NCBI GenBank assembly: GCA_044507735.1
Contig: JBIQJB010000013.1
Coordinates: 8,507 to 54,730 of the forward strand
Reading direction: 5' to 3'
DNA from: Nitrosopumilales archaeon
Lineage (GTDB): Archaea > Thermoproteota > Nitrososphaeria > Nitrososphaerales > Nitrososphaeraceae
Length of the DNA stretch: 46,224 nt
Numbering within the stretch: the stretch's first letter is position 1; each line of letters begins with the position of its first letter. Positions 1 through 10,278 of this stretch are shown here, piece after piece. The notes beneath the pieces were generated by a model. That model searched no databases. It saw nothing but the letters and a program-made list of their open reading frames with translations, and was not told the origin of the DNA. The position numbers were made by a program, and so were the translations under genes.

Positions 1-1
1 A

Positions 2-253
2 GAGAGCAAGAGCTCATTTCGCTCCATGATGGAAGTCTTGGCCAAGAAGCTGAAGCATGACGGGACATTCCGGATCCTCACAGACATTGAAAAGGACAGC
101 GAACCATTTCGAGAGCTTATGATGATTGCTCGCCAATCCGGCTTGCAGTGGACCACTAACAACAAGGGGAAGGAATACTTTCCAAAGGAATGGCGCGACC
201 CTGACTTCAAGCCGGGGCGCAAGCCGCAGGTTATTGTGTTTGCACCCAAGTAG
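2..253 (+). CDS. C-terminal part of a protein truncated by the window edge; possibly a SAM-dependent methyltransferase
   Basis: Frame is open from position 2 (ESKSSFRSMMEVLAKKLKHDGTFRILTD...). LKxxGxxxxxTD resembles the late Rossmann strands of class I methyltransferases (weak). Confidence 0.35.
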   Translation, partial: ESKSSFRSMMEVLAKKLKHDGTFRILTDIEKDSEPFRELMMIARQSGLQWTTNNKGKEYFPKEWRDPDFKPGRKPQVIVFAPK

Positions 254-818
254 ACGATTTCGTGGACTATTGCTACCATGAATACATATGGCTAGCTTTT
301 TTCAGCTTCGTGGACCGCAATGCAATCTCCACAAGCGTAACTTCCCATAGTCTGTGTGGTGACGAAAGCAAGTCCTTCTGTTTGGTGGTCAGCCTCGCAT
401 CACACTTCCTGTCTATATCGAGTCGGCATCTGTCAATCACATTTATGATTTCCAACTGTCGATATCTTGGGGACTCTGTTTCCCCACCTTTGAAGTTGGG
501 GACGTTGCCGCATCGTCGATAACCCGTATAAGCAATATCTGCATGAATTGTTTTCGCATGGGAGTCATTGGTGAAAAATGGCGCTGCCCAAAGTGCAACA
601 TCGATGTGGGTGGCAGCATGGGCGAGCTGAAGAATCACATAAAGAAGGTTCACGCGACAAAATCCGAGACAAGAATCGCGACCGCATAATCGATGATAGT
701 TCTGCGGATGGCAAGAAGCATCCATCATTTCCTGACTAGTGATTATGCCGCGGTGTGCGATTAGCGGGGAAGAAATGACGTGTATGCTGATACAAAATAC
801 AAACAAAGAAGTCAAAAG

Positions 819-893
819 CGGGCCCGGAGGGATTCGAACCCTCGACCTAACGCTTAGGAGGCGTTCGCTCTGTCCAAGCTGAGCTACGAGCCC
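819..893 (-). tRNA. tRNA-Arg(CCT), no encoded CCA
   Basis: Reverse complement GGGCTCGTAGCTCAGCTTGGACAGAGCGAACGCCTCCTAAGCGTTAGGTCGAGGGTTCGAATCCCTCCGGGCCCG folds as a cloverleaf. Anticodon arm is AACGC-CT-CCT-AA-GCGTT; T-loop is TTCGAAT. Confidence 0.97.
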
Positions 894-920
894 ACGTAAC
901 TGTTCAACCTTTCAAGCGCC

Positions 921-934
921 AATTTAAGTATATA
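921..934 (-). promoter_or_regulatory. Probable TATA-box region of tRNA-Arg(CCT)
   Basis: AT-rich TATATACTTAAATT on the minus strand, about 30-40 nt upstream of the tRNA 5' end. Confidence 0.4.
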
Positions 935-1435
935 GGGAAAAAATTCTCTGTTGCACAAATGGCCGTCATCTTCTGGCAGCAACTCCTGGCTAGCGTGTGA
1001 TTCCATAGCTGCAAATTCATTTGTACAGTGTCTGCTCACTATCGTACGCACTATCTACCTGTACATGCTTGATATCATATTGCAGATGGAAATAGGCGCG
1101 TATGGATCCTGGGAGCTGGATGAACGATTCTGAATATTGGTACAGTCCGCCTGGGTCTGGCCCCTGCACTATTCTTTTTCTTCGTTCTTCCTGTGCTCCA
1201 TTGATGACATCATCAAAGACAAACATGACCTCACCTGCCTCATGAGTCGCTTGTTGTAGGTACACGCAAGTTTACCACGATATTCTGAGAAGAATACAGC
1301 TGAATACAACTTGATCTGAAAATGCTGAAGAGAAGGGTTAATCGTACAACAATCTACAGAGAAGCTGGATTGAAGAACCACCACATCTTGAATAACTCCA
1401 ACGGAGCGAAGAGATAAAAGTCCTTCCTTTTTGTA

Positions 1436-1927
1436 GTGCCGTATATGGTTGCATACGACAGGATCAAGCTATTCGAGGAAATGGAAAAGCAGTTTGAAAA
1501 TAAAAACGAGCAGTTCTTTAAGGAGCTGTTGACCCATCATGATTCCGTAGTCCGAACTCGCGCAGTTTGTATTCTTGCGGACATTGCTGGCGAAAACGCG
1601 GTTGAGCCTATAGGCAAGGTACTAAAAGAAGACGATAATGCTCTAGTAAGGCATGAAGCGGCGTTCTCGCTGGGCCAGCTTGGCTTTACCAGCGGCATCA
1701 AGCCACTTGAAGATGCCGTTAAATCTGATCCCAGCTTTTTCGTCAGGCATGAAGCAGCAGTGGCACTCGGAGTCATTGGGTCTGAGGACGCAAGAGAAAC
1801 TCTCAAGAATGCTCTCAACGATGAAAGTGAGGAGGTCAAAGAGTCGGCAGTCGTGGCGCTTGCGAATCTGGACTACATCAAGAGCACCAACAGCAACAGC
1901 CGCTTCATAAGGATGACTGGGGGATAA
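1436..1927 (+). CDS. HEAT-repeat (PBS lyase / deoxyhypusine hydroxylase-like) protein
   Basis: Repeated VRHEAAxxLG motifs (VRHEAAFSLG, VRHEAAVALG). Confidence 0.88.
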   Translation: MPYMVAYDRIKLFEEMEKQFENKNEQFFKELLTHHDSVVRTRAVCILADIAGENAVEPIGKVLKEDDNALVRHEAAFSLGQLGFTSGIKPLEDAVKSDPSFFVRHEAAVALGVIGSEDARETLKNALNDESEEVKESAVVALANLDYIKSTNSNSRFIRMTGG

Positions 1928-1958
1928 TAGAATAGAATAATAAAGACGCATAAGGAAC

Positions 1959-2270
1959 GTGGCTCAATTGTCCGAAACTTGGTTGCATAACATTTCTGGG
2001 AGCTGGCGCGATGTCAGTTGCCCGTGCGGCAGTACTTTTCATTTCCGGGGCAAGATCGATGAGCTGTTTTCATGGGAGCGCATCCACCTGCGCCACATGG
2101 CGTCCGACTCTCAGAATCATGAAATGCTCTCATTTTATCCGAGAGATATGGTAATAATCTACCATTCGACAAGCGGTTACGTTCTTGAACGCAGAAAGCA
2201 CAAGCGAGACGAGATAGGTCAGATCCATCATGCCCGACTCTATGGTCAAGTAAAGATTGCCGGCGTCTGA
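1959..2270 (+). CDS. Hypothetical protein with CxC and His motifs
   Basis: 103-aa ORF co-oriented with its neighbours; SCPCG...RIHLRH. Confidence 0.45.
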   Translation: MAQLSETWLHNISGSWRDVSCPCGSTFHFRGKIDELFSWERIHLRHMASDSQNHEMLSFYPRDMVIIYHSTSGYVLERRKHKRDEIGQIHHARLYGQVKIAGV

Positions 2271-2407
2271 TATTAGGATGAACTACTGTAGGCAATCATT
2301 TTTCGTCTAGGAATGAAATAGAGAGTGAGATTTGTTGATTGCCGACCTACTCATACCCCTAAACAATACGCATATTCGCATTCTACAACTTTCTTGAAGG
2401 AGAAGTT

Positions 2408-2917
2408 ATGGTAGTAGCTTATTATAGCGCCCCTGATTACACCGGTCATGTACATATGCGCGTAAGGTACTGGCGTCTTGGCATTACCGACCTTCTAAAT
2501 GCAGCGTATCCTCCTGAGAAAGCCAATCACTGGGACATCAAGTGCTTGCAGGGTGAATACGAGCACTTTGGGGTCTTTTGGTATCGCTACGGCACTCCGT
2601 TTGATAAAGAACCGGTGCACGGAATCTGTTTCTACTTTAATGATGTGCCAAGAAAGACTGTCGACGAGTTGGCGGCCTTTTTGCAAGGCAAGTTCGGGGG
2701 CCAGCTGCTCTATCGTCAGGCGAGAGGTTTTCTACAGGGATCAAAGGAATTTGCAGACGGAAAATCAGTGGCAACACTTGCCAATGAGCTTAGCCTGAGA
2801 TTCAACGCCCCTGTCGAGCTTACCGTAGAGTTTGAGAAGGCTACCAAGGAAGAGATTGACAATGAGGCATGGAAGCTTCCCGCCTCAAAGGCGCTTCCAA
2901 TACCTGGACCTGACTGA
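2408..2917 (+). CDS. Hypothetical protein upstream of tatC
   Basis: 169-aa ORF with protein-like composition, ending 21 bp before tatC. Confidence 0.75.
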   Translation: MVVAYYSAPDYTGHVHMRVRYWRLGITDLLNAAYPPEKANHWDIKCLQGEYEHFGVFWYRYGTPFDKEPVHGICFYFNDVPRKTVDELAAFLQGKFGGQLLYRQARGFLQGSKEFADGKSVATLANELSLRFNAPVELTVEFEKATKEEIDNEAWKLPASKALPIPGPD

Positions 2918-2938
2918 AAATAGCATTATATTTCTCGG

Positions 2939-3751
2939 ATGTCTCTATATTCGGTATTGGCAGCCGAGATGTCCATCCGGGAGCACATCGAGGAGCTCCG
3001 AGTCAGAGTACTCCGGGTGGCGCTGTCGATAATAATCATCACCATTTTTGCAATGACGTTTGACCTCAGACCAATAGAAGTCGCGGGTATTCCTCTTGCC
3101 TATCCATTTCCAGATCCAATAAACAATATCTCCGTAAGATTGACCTTCTATATGCAGGACTCGCTCCTGCCCTCTGGCGTCGATCTTATACAGACCGCTC
3201 CCGGACAAGCGTTCTTCTCGCAGATCTATGTTTCGGCGCTAATTGGGCTCACTGCCTCTATTCCACTAATTGTAAGGGAAATATCGGCGTTCATTGAGCC
3301 TGCGATAAGCAACAAGACAAAGATTGGAGTCTTGAACGTGTTCCTTCCGGCGGTAGGGCTCTTTGTCGCCGGCATTGTATTTTCATATCTTCTGGTCATA
3401 CCGTATACTCTCAACTTTCTTTACCAATATGGAGAGGCGCTCAACGTGGCGACATTTCTGACAATAAATGAATTTATCTCGTTCGTCTTGCAATTTCTGC
3501 TCGGATTCGGCCTGGCGTTCCAGCTCCCGATACTGATGTATGGAATCTCGCTCACAGATACCATTTCACCGGAATTTTGGCGAAACAACTTTCGCTATGC
3601 GGCAATAATCCTAGTTGTATTTGGCGCAGTAATAACACCAGACGGAAGCGGGGTTACAATGTGGTTCATAGCCGGCCCTATGATGGCACTTTATCTCGCA
3701 GGAATGTTGATAATTGAGAGGAGGGCCCGCCTTCTCAAAACTAACACTTAA
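2939..3751 (+). CDS. tatC: Twin-arginine translocase subunit TatC
   Basis: MSIREHIEELRVR N-terminal motif, FGLAFQLP, AVITPDG; about six TM segments. Confidence 0.96.
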   Translation: MSLYSVLAAEMSIREHIEELRVRVLRVALSIIIITIFAMTFDLRPIEVAGIPLAYPFPDPINNISVRLTFYMQDSLLPSGVDLIQTAPGQAFFSQIYVSALIGLTASIPLIVREISAFIEPAISNKTKIGVLNVFLPAVGLFVAGIVFSYLLVIPYTLNFLYQYGEALNVATFLTINEFISFVLQFLLGFGLAFQLPILMYGISLTDTISPEFWRNNFRYAAIILVVFGAVITPDGSGVTMWFIAGPMMALYLAGMLIIERRARLLKTNT

Positions 3752-3757
3752 ATCCTT

Positions 3758-4099
3758 ATGCAAACCATTATGCTATTGCAGAAGATGGTCGTAGAAGGGC
3801 TGTTAATGCAGTTTGTCGGCGGCTGGGAATGGGTCATTATCATTGGCCTCATAGTCGTAGTCTTTTTCGGCGTGAAAAAGATACCCGAGCTTGCCAAGTC
3901 TTTTGGAAAGGCCACTGCCGAGTTTGAGAAAGCGAGGATAGAGGCCAAGAGGGAGCTTCAGCAGATCAAGAGCGGCGAGCGCGTGGGTAGGGAAAAGCTT
4001 GAATCAATAGCCGACTCGCTTGGAATTGATTATACCAACAAGAACGACGATGAGCTCCGAGCTGCAATCGAGCTTGAACTGAACAAGAGCAAGCAGTAG
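3758..4099 (+). CDS. tatA: Twin-arginine translocase TatA/E (true start probably further downstream)
   Basis: GGWEWVII...FFGVKKIPELAKSFGKATAEF signature. Confidence 0.93.
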   Translation: MQTIMLLQKMVVEGLLMQFVGGWEWVIIIGLIVVVFFGVKKIPELAKSFGKATAEFEKARIEAKRELQQIKSGERVGREKLESIADSLGIDYTNKNDDELRAAIELELNKSKQ

Positions 4100-4163
4100 T
4101 AACGATAGTAATAATAGTATAGCTTAAAAGCTTTTTATTATATCAAATTTTCACTGTAAGTCG

Positions 4164-5261
4164 TTGATCGGCCTGCAGCAGATTGCAACCATTGTCGACC
4201 GGTACGACGCTAAGAACATTACCATTGGCACCATAGGCAGCCACTCTGCTCTTGAAATAATGGATGGAGCAAAGGATGAAAACATGAAAACCCTCTGCAT
4301 CTGCCAGAAGGGCAGGGACCTGCCGTACCGCCGGTTCAAGAGGCTAGCCGACGAGATCATTTTGCTCGACAAGTTTTCTGACATTCTGAATCGAGAGAAT
4401 CAGGAAAAATTGCGTGAGCTCAATGTGATAATGGTGGCGCACCGCGCATTTACTGCCTATCTTGGATACGATAACATTGAGAACAACCTTAAGGTTCCCA
4501 TATTTGGCAATCGATCACTTTTGCGCGCAGAAGAACGCACAGCTCCGCGTAACCAATACTATCTGCTGGAGAAGGCCGGTATTATGCATCCGAGGCTTTA
4601 TCGCAAGCCTTCAGACATTGACGGACCCGCGATGATCAAGGTACAGGAGGCTAAGCGCAAGCTGGAGAGGGCATTCTTCATCGTCTCGTCATACGAGGAT
4701 TTTAAGAAAAAGTCAAGACAAAAAATCGAGCAGGGACTGATCAGCAAGCAAGATCTGGACAAGGCGACTATAGAGGAGTACGTGCCAGGTACGTATTTCA
4801 ATTTGAACTATTTTGTGTCTCCGCTCACAGGTGAAGCAGAGTTCCTTGGAATAGAAAGGAGACTGCAGACCAACCTGCACGATTTTGTGGCGATGCCGGC
4901 AAAGCAACAGATGGAAATCGACTTGCAGACTTCAAACATTGAGGTAGGACACACACCGGCCAGCATTCGAGAGTCACTCCTGGAGAAGGTGTTTGAGATG
5001 GGGGACAAGTTTGCAATTGCGGTTAGAAAGGAGTATCCCCCGGGAATTATTGGACCTATTTCGCTCCAGAGCATCGTTACGACCGACCTTGATTTTGTTG
5101 TGTATGACGTTTCATTACGCGTGCCTGGGAATCCGATAATGGCGACGACCAGCCCGTACACCAAATACTACTTTGGTTACACAATGGGCGTAGGGCGACG
5201 AATCGCTATGGAGGTCAAGGCTGCGGCAGCGCAGAGAAAGCTACGCGACATAGTCACCTAA
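4164..5261 (+). CDS. purP: 5-formaminoimidazole-4-carboxamide ribonucleotide synthetase (PurP, ATP-grasp)
   Basis: TIGSHSALEIMDGAKDE, FGNRSLLRAEER, EVGHTPASIRESLLEKVF motifs. Confidence 0.95.
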   Translation: MIGLQQIATIVDRYDAKNITIGTIGSHSALEIMDGAKDENMKTLCICQKGRDLPYRRFKRLADEIILLDKFSDILNRENQEKLRELNVIMVAHRAFTAYLGYDNIENNLKVPIFGNRSLLRAEERTAPRNQYYLLEKAGIMHPRLYRKPSDIDGPAMIKVQEAKRKLERAFFIVSSYEDFKKKSRQKIEQGLISKQDLDKATIEEYVPGTYFNLNYFVSPLTGEAEFLGIERRLQTNLHDFVAMPAKQQMEIDLQTSNIEVGHTPASIRESLLEKVFEMGDKFAIAVRKEYPPGIIGPISLQSIVTTDLDFVVYDVSLRVPGNPIMATTSPYTKYYFGYTMGVGRRIAMEVKAAAAQRKLRDIVT

Positions 5262-5686
5262 CGCTCTATCGCTTCTTCAAACAGGTTCTTACGCACCTTG
5301 ATTGGGATGTCGTAGTATGCTGCTAACGCGATTGAATCGGAAGCGCGGTAGTTCCTAAGCACAAGCTCGCCCTTCTTTGTCTTGAAATACAAGTTTGCTC
5401 GCAGCACGGAGCCGCTCTGGTAGACATGCACTTCGACGAGCAAGAGATCTTGCATCACTGCGATCTCTTCAACCAGATTGTATATCGTGGGGATACTGCC
5501 CTTGTCACCTTCTTGAAAGCGCGAAATATGCCTTGCAACCTCGCCTGAAAAGGCACGCATCGGAAACTCTTTGCCGTCCTCAGACTTGAGCACAACCACT
5601 CCTTCTAGTCCTACTTGATCTACAAACCCGACGTAGCTGATGCGCGCGGGGATGTATTCATCTTCCTCTTCTTGGTTGCCTGGCAT
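5258..5686 (-). CDS. Bifunctional nuclease / DUF151 family protein
   Basis: VVVLKSEDG...; RASDSIALA-like motif (family consensus RPSDAIALA). Confidence 0.8.
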   Translation of the reverse strand: MPGNQEEEDEYIPARISYVGFVDQVGLEGVVVLKSEDGKEFPMRAFSGEVARHISRFQEGDKGSIPTIYNLVEEIAVMQDLLLVEVHVYQSGSVLRANLYFKTKKGELVLRNYRASDSIALAAYYDIPIKVRKNLFEEAIER

Positions 5687-5937
5687 TGTGTCTATTGTAT
5701 GCTTTCTAAGAATTAAGGGTTTACGGTTGTCTCCTGTCGAGACTTCACTGCTTCATCTGCACGCCATAGTAAACAAACTCTGCCAGCCACTTGATAACTG
5801 TGTTCATGGCACGTATACACAATCTCTCTTGTATTTAGCTACCCTCACTCCTTCCATCCTCATTCCCAAGGCATTTGATGTGGGGCGCCGGGACCGGAGT
5901 CTTGCGTACATCCTGCATTTAGAAACGAAAAGGAACT

Positions 5938-6903
5938 TTGAAACGCTGCAAAATAGCAGTATATCACGATCCAATGACTCGTGGTGGGAATGGTCAGCAG
6001 TATCCGATAGGATTTAATTTGAAGTCTGCTCCTTCAATCACAGTCTTCACCGAAATGGATGAGAAGCGCTGGCAGGGATTGAGAGAGAGTGGCTTTAGAC
6101 TCCTGTTCGTAGGGCTGTTCTCGCTCATTATTGCGTTTTTGATATACTCAAGGCTCACCGTACCCTCCCCTGATCCGCCAGCAGTGCAGGCCATGCAGCT
6201 TGGCAATCTCGCCTACGCGGTTCTTGCAATAACCACAGCATCGATGGCTTCGATATTCTATGGTGCATACACCATCTTTCGCTCCGAGCAGTTGCGATCG
6301 GAGGGACGCAACACCTTGTTCTCCTTTATCGCTGGAGCTTTTGTTAGCAGAAGCTACTGGAAGATAATGGCGGTGGCAGCGATAGGCTACGGGATCTTTT
6401 TTGGGTTTTTGTCACAGATTCTCGTCTACAGGACAGATGTATCGTTTTCAGAAGAGGGGATACTGGTGCCCTCGATCGACATGATACCGTGCTGCGCTGC
6501 ACCGGGCTATATGCCCATGATGACTGTCTATATCACAGACCATTTTTTGATACTGATAATCCCAATAAACGTGATCCTTGCAGCTGTAGTGTCTACCTTG
6601 GTCGGATTTAACATTGCACTAAGCGTGTATGCCTACGGACTGAAAAGGTCGCTCCAAGCGAAGACGTCGATCACGGCAGGTATCGGCGCGACGAGCGGTC
6701 TGTTTGTGGGGTGCCCTACATGCGCTGGCAGCCTGTTTTCCAGCCTGATTGGGATTGGCGTGGCAGGAGCAGGGACAAGCGCAAGCGCGCTTGCTCCGTT
6801 CCAGACACTGTTTATTGCGGCAAGCATCCCTGCCTTGGTCATAGCGCCGTTCCTGATAGCTAGAAGCATCCGGTCGCTTTCAAACTGCAGGATTAGTTCT
6901 TGA
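5938..6903 (+). CDS. Multi-pass membrane protein with PCC and CPTC motifs (start probably ATG ~6055)
   Basis: Several hydrophobic helices; GCPTCAG lies in a TM region. Confidence 0.75.
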   Translation: MKRCKIAVYHDPMTRGGNGQQYPIGFNLKSAPSITVFTEMDEKRWQGLRESGFRLLFVGLFSLIIAFLIYSRLTVPSPDPPAVQAMQLGNLAYAVLAITTASMASIFYGAYTIFRSEQLRSEGRNTLFSFIAGAFVSRSYWKIMAVAAIGYGIFFGFLSQILVYRTDVSFSEEGILVPSIDMIPCCAAPGYMPMMTVYITDHFLILIIPINVILAAVVSTLVGFNIALSVYAYGLKRSLQAKTSITAGIGATSGLFVGCPTCAGSLFSSLIGIGVAGAGTSASALAPFQTLFIAASIPALVIAPFLIARSIRSLSNCRISS

Positions 6904-8575
6904 CCTTTGCCACAATCTCAAACTGCGGCAGCTTCCTAGAGATGCTGTCCAGATACATCTGGACGTGCGGCTCTGCTGTCCAGATCTTTTCGTCTCCGAA
7001 AAGGTAGCCATACCTCTGTGAGCTTCCTATCCTTTCGCGCTGACTGAGTGCTTCTAGATAAGTCGCTGGCACTGTCGATTCTTCGAAACCACGCCTTCTG
7101 GCGATCTCTCCTATGACATCATGCATGCCAGAGCCATGCTGGGCTGCTTCTTTGACACGATAAGCCACCTCTTTTGGGATGCCAACCTTCTGTGCAAGCC
7201 TTCTGTGCACGTGTTTGCCAAAAGTATCGTGCCCACCCTTTACGTTTAGACGCAGCTCTATGCCAAGCGCAGTCCTGATCACCTCTGGATCGAGGAATGG
7301 CTCACGCAGCTCTATGCTGTGGGCCATCGTTATCTTGTCTTCGCGCTCCAATGTCTCTTTGTATAGCAAAAGCAGATCTTGTATCATGTGTTTGCGGAGT
7401 TTCTTGTACCCTTCTTTCTCGGCCACCTTGGCGTACCATGGATAGCCTCCAAAGAGCTCATCAGCTCCTTGCCCTGTAAGCATCACCTTTATCCCATCCT
7501 CGTGGGCAAGCTTGACTGCGCCATACACAGGCAATGCGACTTCGACCTGTCCTGCATTTGCGTCCTCAATCACATTGATGACCTCGGGGATCATCTTTTC
7601 GACTGCATCATGGTCAAGCTCTGCCACTTTTAGCTTGAGCCCCAGTTTGTCCGCGATCTGGCGAGCATTTGCGATATCGCTAGATCCTTTCACACCACAG
7701 GTGTAGCAAACTACCTCTGGAACCATCTTGGCCGCGAGGTGTGCCACTAGCACACTGTCGATCCCGCCGGAAAATATTATGCCAATCCTTTGGAAGTCCT
7801 GAGTGCGCTTTTCCATTGATTCCACCAAAGCCTTCTCATAGGCCTCAACAGCTGATCTCATTGTTCTGTGCACAATTCTTACCTTAGGCGGTATTGGGTC
7901 GGCTACTTGGAAGCTCTGAATCTTGCCCTGTGGAGATATGATTATCGCACAGCCTGGCATAATGCGCCTTGTCGGCTCTTGGATCCCGATTTTCCAGAGC
8001 GCCTTGCGCTCGGATGCAAATGCCACGATGCTTCGTGTGTCTGCATAATATAATTGGCGCACGCCAATTCTGTCTCTCACAAGAATAGTCTCGCCTGTTT
8101 GTTTGTCCTGTATTGCAAGTGCATACACACCATCCAGCTCTGCTACGGTCCTCTTTATTGCACCAAGCAGAGTAGTGTTCTTCCTTTGCATGTGATCCTC
8201 CAGCAAGTGGACAATCACCTCACTGTCTGTAGTCGTAGCGAACTTGTGGTGCTTTTCAAGCTTGTTTCTTATCTCTTTGTAGTTATAGATCTCACCGTTG
8301 TGTTCTAGCACGAGCCGGCCGTCGCAGCTGCTAAATGGCTGCGCTCCGCAAGTGCCGCCAACTATCGCAAGCCGTGTGTGCCCGAGGGCAACGGCTCCGC
8401 TCACCTTCTGGAACTGTGGCTGCATGGCTGCAATGGAATTGGACTTAATGATCCTGCCATCTGCCACCAATCCTGCTCCATCAGGCCCGCGTTTTACCAT
8501 GCACGAGAGCATCGACCCCACGAGTGGCACGACGTTCTCGCCATCTTTGCTCAAAATACCTGCTATTCCACACAT
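6893..8575 (-). CDS. asnB: Asparagine synthase (glutamine-hydrolysing)
   Basis: N-terminal MCGIAG (Ntn Cys), RGPD, HNGEIYN, SGGIDS, GQGADELFGGY, ELREPFLD. Confidence 0.95.
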   Translation of the reverse strand: MCGIAGILSKDGENVVPLVGSMLSCMVKRGPDGAGLVADGRIIKSNSIAAMQPQFQKVSGAVALGHTRLAIVGGTCGAQPFSSCDGRLVLEHNGEIYNYKEIRNKLEKHHKFATTTDSEVIVHLLEDHMQRKNTTLLGAIKRTVAELDGVYALAIQDKQTGETILVRDRIGVRQLYYADTRSIVAFASERKALWKIGIQEPTRRIMPGCAIIISPQGKIQSFQVADPIPPKVRIVHRTMRSAVEAYEKALVESMEKRTQDFQRIGIIFSGGIDSVLVAHLAAKMVPEVVCYTCGVKGSSDIANARQIADKLGLKLKVAELDHDAVEKMIPEVINVIEDANAGQVEVALPVYGAVKLAHEDGIKVMLTGQGADELFGGYPWYAKVAEKEGYKKLRKHMIQDLLLLYKETLEREDKITMAHSIELREPFLDPEVIRTALGIELRLNVKGGHDTFGKHVHRRLAQKVGIPKEVAYRVKEAAQHGSGMHDVIGEIARRRGFEESTVPATYLEALSQRERIGSSQRYGYLFGDEKIWTAEPHVQMYLDSISRKLPQFEIVAKVKN

Positions 8576-9081
8576 TTTCTTTTAACCAAATTTCAAAAGC
8601 CAAGCCTGCATGACATGCAGTAAGCTCGACTTACTGCATTTACTTATCAATGATCACTTTTAAACATTTATTTCGTAAATTCTAAAACTTTTGGCAGATC
8701 GTGATCCTATACGATTTTTTCTGCTGCGCTTGATAGTTGTCTCTGCCTTGGGCATATGTGTACTCCATTTCTTACGCGCTGGACAATCCAAATAGTATCT
8801 GATACTGTATCTCCTGCTGCAAGCGCTATTCCAATGATCTGTTGTTATGAGACAAGCACTTAAGTTGATGGCGTTTCCAAACCAAAATCCTGCAAGAGCA
8901 ACTATCTCTTGTCCACCACACCGCATTTCGACTTTGCTAGTTGTTATGGTATCGTTCTCAAACTGCAGCTCGTTTGCAGGTACAAGATCGAATTGGAGAC
9001 TGCTGCTCACCGACACTGCCTTCAAGCGAAAGCACCAGCAGGCCTTCAAGAGTTCCAAGCATGTCAAAGCAAGCTTGTGCG

Positions 9082-10278
9082 TCATTGAGCATATGTGGTG
9101 GCCTTGCTCAGGACTTTTGCAAATTGGCGTATGTCGATATCCTTGAAAGGAGCTATTCTTACAGGCGCAGGTGGTTCCTGCTGCTGTGCCCTGTCCATCA
9201 TGCCCCTGCCGCGCAGAGTTTCAAGTATCTTCTCGCGTAGCTTGGGTGGGCAGATCCTGCTGTGGTATATTGACCCGAGTGATGCCATCATCATCTCCTT
9301 CAGGTGCTCGTCGCCCTTTTCTTCGTGGAAGTGAGGATTGCGGGTCTCCACTTGCATCACTTCGACACCCTTGTCCATTGCGTCTTGGTGCGTTGTCGGG
9401 AGGATGCCACCAAACTCTTCTAGCACGTTGATTATTTCATACGGTTCAATAGAGTAGCCGGAAGAAAACGTCAAGAGCTCGGCGAGCTTGAGGGACATAC
9501 AGTGTTCGCCTGAATTCCCAGTGCGCATGACTTCTGTTTCAAATCCCGTGTAGTATGAAATGAGTGAATTTAGGTGCTGGTTTGTCAGTTCTGACACACG
9601 CCCCCATTTGCTAAAATAGAGACCTGTCTCCGACATCTTTGGCTTGTAGATCCAAGATACCCTCACCATGGTATAATCTGTCTTTGACATTGCGATACCA
9701 GAAGCAAATATCTTGACGTATTCATTGACTGCGCCTGGTACATAGTTATCGGCGTCAATGAAGCCAACGTACTCTTTGCCTGCCATCTTGGCGAGCAGCA
9801 TTCCAAGAATCATGCCTTCGGCTTTGCCATTGCGGACAATGCCATCGGGATCAAGCATGCTTGCATAGCCGACTTGGTTCAGTGCTTCAGAGATTACGGG
9901 GTCGCGCTGGTGCACAATAATCGCATCGCGCCCTACAAACTTATTGAACTGCTGGAGTGCATCCCTCTCAAGCTTGTACCTATCAACGGGCTGCCGAGGG
10001 CTATTCGACACGATTATCACTAGACAGTCGTGTGGTACACCTGCAAGAACTCCTTCCAGGAGCCTCAGGCGCTCCCCCTTGATAGGGATGACAATTGCCA
10101 TCCTTCTCTCAATCTCAGAAATCTGGTCGTTTCCAACTCTGACAAGTGTCTCGGCCATAGACCTTCCATCATCAAAACCAGAATCAAGCTCATAGACACG
10201 CTGCACTCCATGCAGGCTAATAGCTCCGAATCGTTCAGTGTATCTAGGGACATCTAGCTTCATGATATGCTGGCACAA
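9082..10278 (-). CDS. mpgS: Mannosyl-3-phosphoglycerate synthase (GT55)
   Basis: LLEGVLAGVPH, VRNGKAEGMILG, GFIDADNYVPG, KWGRVSE, ETRNPHFHEEKG. Confidence 0.94.
   Translation of the reverse strand: MCQHIMKLDVPRYTERFGAISLHGVQRVYELDSGFDDGRSMAETLVRVGNDQISEIERRMAIVIPIKGERLRLLEGVLAGVPHDCLVIIVSNSPRQPVDRYKLERDALQQFNKFVGRDAIIVHQRDPVISEALNQVGYASMLDPDGIVRNGKAEGMILGMLLAKMAGKEYVGFIDADNYVPGAVNEYVKIFASGIAMSKTDYTMVRVSWIYKPKMSETGLYFSKWGRVSELTNQHLNSLISYYTGFETEVMRTGNSGEHCMSLKLAELLTFSSGYSIEPYEIINVLEEFGGILPTTHQDAMDKGVEVMQVETRNPHFHEEKGDEHLKEMMMASLGSIYHSRICPPKLREKILETLRGRGMMDRAQQQEPPAPVRIAPFKDIDIRQFAKVLSKATTYAQ

Noticed and set aside
262-815. ORFs 262-522 and 273-815
   Set aside because: Atypical composition, no motifs and mutual overlap; probably non-coding or decayed sequence beside the tRNA.
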